Positions 27,672 through 32,000 of a stretch of DNA of 32,000 nt are shown piece by piece. The translations under genes and the position numbers were made by a program. The stretch's first letter is position 1. Every line of letters starts with the position of its first letter. The stretch lies in the NCBI RefSeq assembly GCF_016592615.1, contig NZ_AP013043.1, positions 1,170,001 to 1,202,000 of the forward strand, read 5' to 3'. The DNA comes from Isorropodon fossajaponicum endosymbiont JTNG4 (GTDB lineage Bacteria; Pseudomonadota; Gammaproteobacteria; PS1; Pseudothioglobaceae). The notes below the pieces were generated by a model, which had not been told where the DNA came from, ran no database searches, and saw only the letters and a program-made list of their open reading frames with translations.

Positions 27672-28238
27672 GGCACACCAAAAGTATATTTACAAAAGGT
27701 ACACCCATTAGAAGATTGCTCTGCCAAATACGAAAAAGGCACACTGTGCATGCAAAAACATTCATTAGCGGGTGAGGAAGCTGAAATTGCTTTTCGGTTC
27801 TTAAACGACAGACTCGTCTCCATTGTGCTAATAATGCCACTAACAGATGTCAGCAAAATTAAGAAAATATTCTATGCGCTAAAAACACAGTTTGATTTAG
27901 TCTTAATTGAACAAGGTAATAACAAATTAGACATTATCCAAATTAGTGCCAACACTTTTAATAAGCGTGAATTTACTAAAATAATCGCTGATTTTGAAAA
28001 TGAAGCCTATCAAAAACACAATATTAAATACACGTTCATCAGTAAAGAAGATTTTATTACCCAATCGCGTAAATCGCGCAACTTTGCTGATATTTTTAAA
28101 AATGCGCCCATGCAAATGCGCGCCGCAACCTACAGCGTAGATCGAAAAAATGGGCAAGTGATTGGCATTATTAGTTTTATTGTACCTGGCATTACCCAGT
28201 CTTATCTTGATCAAAACCCAATTGTAGAGGACTTTTAG
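27498..28238 (+). CDS. Hypothetical protein with an N-terminal signal peptide. The true start may be the GTG at 27567.
   Basis: (V/M)NKFSIKLVTLLGLLLVSAQS|ISES looks like a Sec signal peptide. No family recognised. It ends 9 nt before glmU. Confidence 0.6.
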   Translation: MLFKQTFIFCTFQTYKSHVAPIIVNKFSIKLVTLLGLLLVSAQSISESPIRLYKQYLIGTPKVYLQKVHPLEDCSAKYEKGTLCMQKHSLAGEEAEIAFRFLNDRLVSIVLIMPLTDVSKIKKIFYALKTQFDLVLIEQGNNKLDIIQISANTFNKREFTKIIADFENEAYQKHNIKYTFISKEDFITQSRKSRNFADIFKNAPMQMRAATYSVDRKNGQVIGIISFIVPGITQSYLDQNPIVEDF

Positions 28239-28247
28239 ACTATTCTT

Positions 28248-29606
28248 ATGAGTGATATTCACGCTATTATTTTAGCCGCAGGCAAAGGCTCACGCATGCA
28301 CTCATCCAGGCCAAAAGTCTTGCAAATCTTATCAAATAACACCTTATTGGGGCATGTTTTATCTCAAGCCAAACCTTTGTGCGATAAAATTCATGTGGTT
28401 TATGGCTTTGAAGGCAAACAAGTACAACAACAAATTAACGACTCCAATATCAACTGGGTAAAACAAACCGAACAATTAGGCGCTGGACACGCCGTAGCAC
28501 AAGCAATGCCACATATTGAGGACAATTCAATCTCACTCATATTATATGGCGATGTGCCGCTGATTAAAAAAGCCACACTGGCTGATTTAATTCACCAAGC
28601 ACAGCAAAGTGGCCTTTCTTTGTTGTCTGTGATTTTAGATAACCCAACTGGCTATGGGCGCATCATTCGCAAAGGCGAGCAAATACAAGCCATTATTGAA
28701 CAAAAAGATGCAAATAATGCACAACTAAATATTAATGAAGTGAATACAGGCATTATGGCTGTTCACTCGCAACTATTAAAACAATATTTAAGCAAAATCA
28801 ACTCAAGCAATGCCCAAGGAGAGCTTTATTTAACCGATATTATTGCTTGTGCAGTCGCTGATGGGCAAACTGTTTCATCCATCATTAGCAAAAATCAATT
28901 TGAGGTAGCGGGTGTGAATGACAAAGTACAACTAGCAGAATTAGAACGTATTTTCCAAAAAAATCAAGCAACACAATTTATGCAACAAGGACTTGGCTTA
29001 AAAGACCCAAATAGATTTGATTGCCGAGGCGCATTCACCTTTGGGCAAGATTGCGAGATTGACATTAACACACTCATTGAAGGTAAGGTATCATTAGGAT
29101 GCAACACTACAATTGCACCGAATTGTATTATAAAAAACACTAAAATCGGCAATTATGTGTCAATCTTGTCAAATTGCGTTATTGAAGATTGCGTTATTGA
29201 AGAGGGTGCTACTATTGGTCCATTTGCACGCATTCGCCCACAAACTCACATCAAAACCCATGCCAAAATTGGTAATTTTGTTGAAATTAAAAAGTCCACC
29301 ATTGGTGAAAACACCAAAGTTTCTCATTTAAGTTATGTGGGCGATGCCATTATCGGCAAGAGCGTCAACATTGGTGCTGGTGTCATCACTTGTAATTATG
29401 ATGGTGTTAACAAACATCAAACCGTCATTGGCGATGGCGCATTCATTGGTTCTGATTCTCAACTAGTTGCACCCATCAAAATTGGTAAAAATGCCACAAT
29501 TGGTGCAGGCTCTACCATCACCAAAATAGTACCTGACAATCAATTAAGTTTAAGTCGTACCAAGCAAACTAGCCTAAAAAATTGGCAACGCCCGACTAAA
29601 AAATAA
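28248..29606 (+). CDS. glmU: Bifunctional UDP-N-acetylglucosamine pyrophosphorylase / glucosamine-1-phosphate N-acetyltransferase
   Basis: AIILAAGKGSRM start and C-terminal left-handed beta-helix hexapeptide repeats. 452 aa. Confidence 0.95.
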   Translation: MSDIHAIILAAGKGSRMHSSRPKVLQILSNNTLLGHVLSQAKPLCDKIHVVYGFEGKQVQQQINDSNINWVKQTEQLGAGHAVAQAMPHIEDNSISLILYGDVPLIKKATLADLIHQAQQSGLSLLSVILDNPTGYGRIIRKGEQIQAIIEQKDANNAQLNINEVNTGIMAVHSQLLKQYLSKINSSNAQGELYLTDIIACAVADGQTVSSIISKNQFEVAGVNDKVQLAELERIFQKNQATQFMQQGLGLKDPNRFDCRGAFTFGQDCEIDINTLIEGKVSLGCNTTIAPNCIIKNTKIGNYVSILSNCVIEDCVIEEGATIGPFARIRPQTHIKTHAKIGNFVEIKKSTIGENTKVSHLSYVGDAIIGKSVNIGAGVITCNYDGVNKHQTVIGDGAFIGSDSQLVAPIKIGKNATIGAGSTITKIVPDNQLSLSRTKQTSLKNWQRPTKK

Positions 29607-30794
29607 ATGCACTCACTACCTCGTAATGTCTGGTTGTTAACAATTAGTTTGTTGCTGTTTATGTCCCTAGGCGTTTTTGTTATTTTTCTAGGTGGTATTA
29701 TTGGTCAATCTTTAGCGCCCTATGCCAGTTTATCAACCTTGCCAGTAGCAATGATTGTGCTAGGTACTGCTGCTAGCATCATTCCTGTTGTCTACATGAT
29801 GTCTAAAATTGGCAGAAGACGTACTTTTTTGGGTATTTGTATCTATACAATTGCTGTCATTGCACTTGCCATCACTGCCTTACAAATAGAATCATTTTAT
29901 TTGTTTTGTCTGTCCACTTTCCTGTTTGGTGCCACCACAGCAACCATGAATCAGTTTAGATTTGCTGCCATTGAAAGTGTTGATGAAAATCTCAGTGCAA
30001 CAGCAACCTCGGCCGTGCTTATTGGCGGTTTGGTTTCTGCTTTTTTAGGACCAGAACTTGCAATTCTAGGAAAGGATTGGTTTGATACCACCTTTGTTGG
30101 CTCATTTTTACTACTCAGCATCTGTTTTGTACTTGCGTTCTTATTGCTGTGGTTTTATCAACCAAACCACGCACCTAAAGCCAAACAAAAGCAATCAGGC
30201 AGAAGTTTAAAAAATATCATCAAACAACCTGTATTTATCGTTGCCATGTCCAGTGCTGCAGTAGGTTACGTTATTATGAGTTATATCATGACTGCCACAC
30301 CAGTGAGTATGCATGTTATTGATGGCTTTTCATTAACACAAACTAAATTTGTTATCCAATCTCACGTTATTGCCATGTTTCTGCCGTCTTTATTTGCGCC
30401 AATTATTGTCAAACTATTTGGGCTTAACAAAATGATGATAATTGGCATCATGCTATACCTGGTTTGTATTGTAATTGGCTATACTGGCCACAGTCTAAAT
30501 AATTACTGGATGGCATTAATCCTCTTAGGACTTGGCTGGAACTTTTTATTTATCGGCGGCACCAGTTTATTACCACGCGCTTATCACGAGGATGAAAAAT
30601 TTAAAGTACAATCCATCAATGACTTTCTAATTTTTGGTATGCAAGCCATGGCCTCATTATCAGTAGGTTGGTTTGTGTTTAATTTTGGCTGGGAAGTTGT
30701 ACTATTATCAACCATTCCACTATTATTACTCCAACTATCGGTGCTATTGTGGTGGCTAAGAAAAAAACCAACACAGCCCCAAATAAAACTCTGA
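29607..30794 (+). CDS. MFS-type transporter
   Basis: 395 aa with about 12 hydrophobic segments and a central basic loop. Substrate unknown. Confidence 0.75.
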   Translation: MHSLPRNVWLLTISLLLFMSLGVFVIFLGGIIGQSLAPYASLSTLPVAMIVLGTAASIIPVVYMMSKIGRRRTFLGICIYTIAVIALAITALQIESFYLFCLSTFLFGATTATMNQFRFAAIESVDENLSATATSAVLIGGLVSAFLGPELAILGKDWFDTTFVGSFLLLSICFVLAFLLLWFYQPNHAPKAKQKQSGRSLKNIIKQPVFIVAMSSAAVGYVIMSYIMTATPVSMHVIDGFSLTQTKFVIQSHVIAMFLPSLFAPIIVKLFGLNKMMIIGIMLYLVCIVIGYTGHSLNNYWMALILLGLGWNFLFIGGTSLLPRAYHEDEKFKVQSINDFLIFGMQAMASLSVGWFVFNFGWEVVLLSTIPLLLLQLSVLLWWLRKKPTQPQIKL

Positions 30795-30934
30795 TTTGAA
30801 ATAATAGTACTCTTAAAGTAGCTCGTCTTTTATTAGACGTATGTATAAAAACCTCTACAACAAGACCTTTGCCCAATATATAACCATATTTAATATGGTT
30901 ATTATTTATTCAAGCTTGACAACAACATGAAAGA

Positions 30935-31542
30935 ATGATGCATTCCAATAACACTAACATCAATATTATGACTAGAATTTTTCATTGGTTCCTAGTTGTT
31001 TTATTTATTACTCTTTTTATGACAGGTAATAACAATAATGGAGGTGATGCAATACATATTATCTCAGGCTATTCTATTTATTAACCAGCTTTGTACTAAC
31101 AAGAATTATTTGGGGCTTTATGGGTGATAAAAATGCCTTATGGGGTAATTACTTGCATAGCCCAAAATCAATACTCAATTACTTACTTAAACTGTCTAGT
31201 TCAACACCAATAGAGTTCAAAATACACAATCCTGCTGGCAGCATAATGATTTTAATAATGATGACTATGCTTGTCGCTATAGTTATAAGCGGCTTATTAA
31301 TACAAGGTCTATTTGAATTTAATAGTATATTTTTGTCGTTTGTTACTTATTTTAATGACCCACAAGCCTTTATTGCAAAAGAAATACACCTTGTTTTGTC
31401 ATACACCATGTTGATTGCAATTAGTTTTCACATTGTTGGCGTTCTTTACTCAAGTTATATTTATAAAGCAAACCTTCCAATGATGATGATTACTGGAGAA
31501 ACTACAGTTTTTAACAAAAAAGCCAATAATGAAACTATATAA
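30935..31542 (+). pseudogene. Cytochrome b561-family (PF01292-like) membrane protein with one frameshift near 31075-31084
   Basis: The N-terminal part is MMHSNNTNINIMTRIFHWFLVVLFITLFMTG...AIHIISGYSIY* (30935-31084). It continues in another frame as YLLTSFVLTRIIWGFMGDKNALW...EIHLVLSYTMLIAISFHIVG. Four His residues lie in TM-like positions. Confidence 0.65.
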
Positions 31543-31915
31543 ATACATGATTATGCTGCCTTTATACGCCTTTAATGTCCACTCTGAAACAATAGATTTC
31601 AACCAATTGTATCGCTCATGGGGCGTTGATATTACAATGATAGATACAACTCAAGGAGAGCAACTTTGGAAACAAGAATTAATTTCCAATAAAAGCTGTA
31701 CAAGTTGCCATACTAACAATCTTAAAAAAAAATGGCGCGCATGTAAGAACTAAAAAAATTAATTAAACCCATGTCACCAAAAATCAACCAAAAAAAGATT
31801 AACTAACATCAAAAAAATAAACAAGTGGTTAAAGAGAAACTGCAAATTTACCTATAAAGGAGTGTGCACAGCAGTAGAAAAAGTTAATTTTATAGAATTT
31901 ATTAGAAAAAACTAA
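31529..31915 (+). pseudogene. DUF1924-like periplasmic CxxCH protein broken by three +1 frameshifts, each at a poly-A run
   Basis: Signal peptide plus CTSCH. The frame changes at A9 (31724-31732), A7 (31752-31758) and A7 (31790-31796). Removing one A at each site gives ...CHTNNLKKNGAHVRTKKLIKPMSPKINQKRLTNIKKINKWLKRNCKFTYKGVCTAVEKVNFIEFIRKN*. Confidence 0.6.
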
Positions 31916-31925
31916 GGAGAAAATT

Positions 31926-32000
31926 ATGTTTAAAAAATACTTAGCAATTACGTCATTATTCGCCATATCTTTTTATTCACTTTATAGCCAAGCAGATAAT
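31926..32000 (+). CDS. 5' end of a secreted protein (signal peptide only). It continues off-window and is possibly the cytochrome c partner of the b561/DUF1924 cluster.
   Basis: AAGGAG RBS 7 nt upstream. MFKKYLAITSLFAISFYSLYSQADN. Confidence 0.45.
   Translation, partial: MFKKYLAITSLFAISFYSLYSQADN

Noticed and set aside
1-32000. A coherent, intact, previously undescribed multi-gene system (defence, toxin or secretion)
   Set aside because: All accessory-type genes here (GIY-YIG, RHS, IS256, GltB-like, b561/DUF1924) are fragments or frameshifted. The only intact unknowns are isolated single genes: the CPXCG protein and the 246-aa secreted protein. I cannot support a system-level claim from this sequence.

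Overview
This is an AT-rich bacterial chromosomal segment with gammaproteobacterial-type gene content and synteny: accA-tilS, fkpB-ispH, ribE-ribBA-ribH-nusB, trpA-accD, and DUF47-pit. About 25 intact housekeeping genes are present. They include rhlE, pit, accA, tilS, ybeY, priA, the rib operon, nusB, ispH, accD, trpA, hemE, rpmE, a CcoI-type P-type ATPase, glmU and an MFS transporter.

Three same-orientation copies of one 1.3-kb IS3-family insertion sequence interrupt this backbone, at 1-1176 (truncated), 11096-12395 and 16898-18197. Every IS junction abuts a decayed gene: a GIY-YIG remnant, an IS256 transposase remnant, a glutamate-synthase-like pseudogene and an eroded RHS/YD-repeat gene. 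No target-site duplications are visible, so these look like rearrangement breakpoints rather than simple insertions.

Other notable structures:
- All three IS copies carry an in-frame TGA between the A_AAA_AAG frameshift site and the DDE domain.
- One-base length changes in poly-A tracts break several unrelated genes.
- A perfect 222-bp tandem duplication covers the 5' end of a hypothetical secreted-protein gene upstream of glmU.
- A cytochrome b561/DUF1924 cluster at the right edge is decaying.
- Several perfect AT-rich palindromes lie in intergenic regions.

I did not find a coherent intact multi-gene novel system. The accessory DNA here is mostly gene wreckage. No rRNA, tRNA or CRISPR array was recognised by eye.
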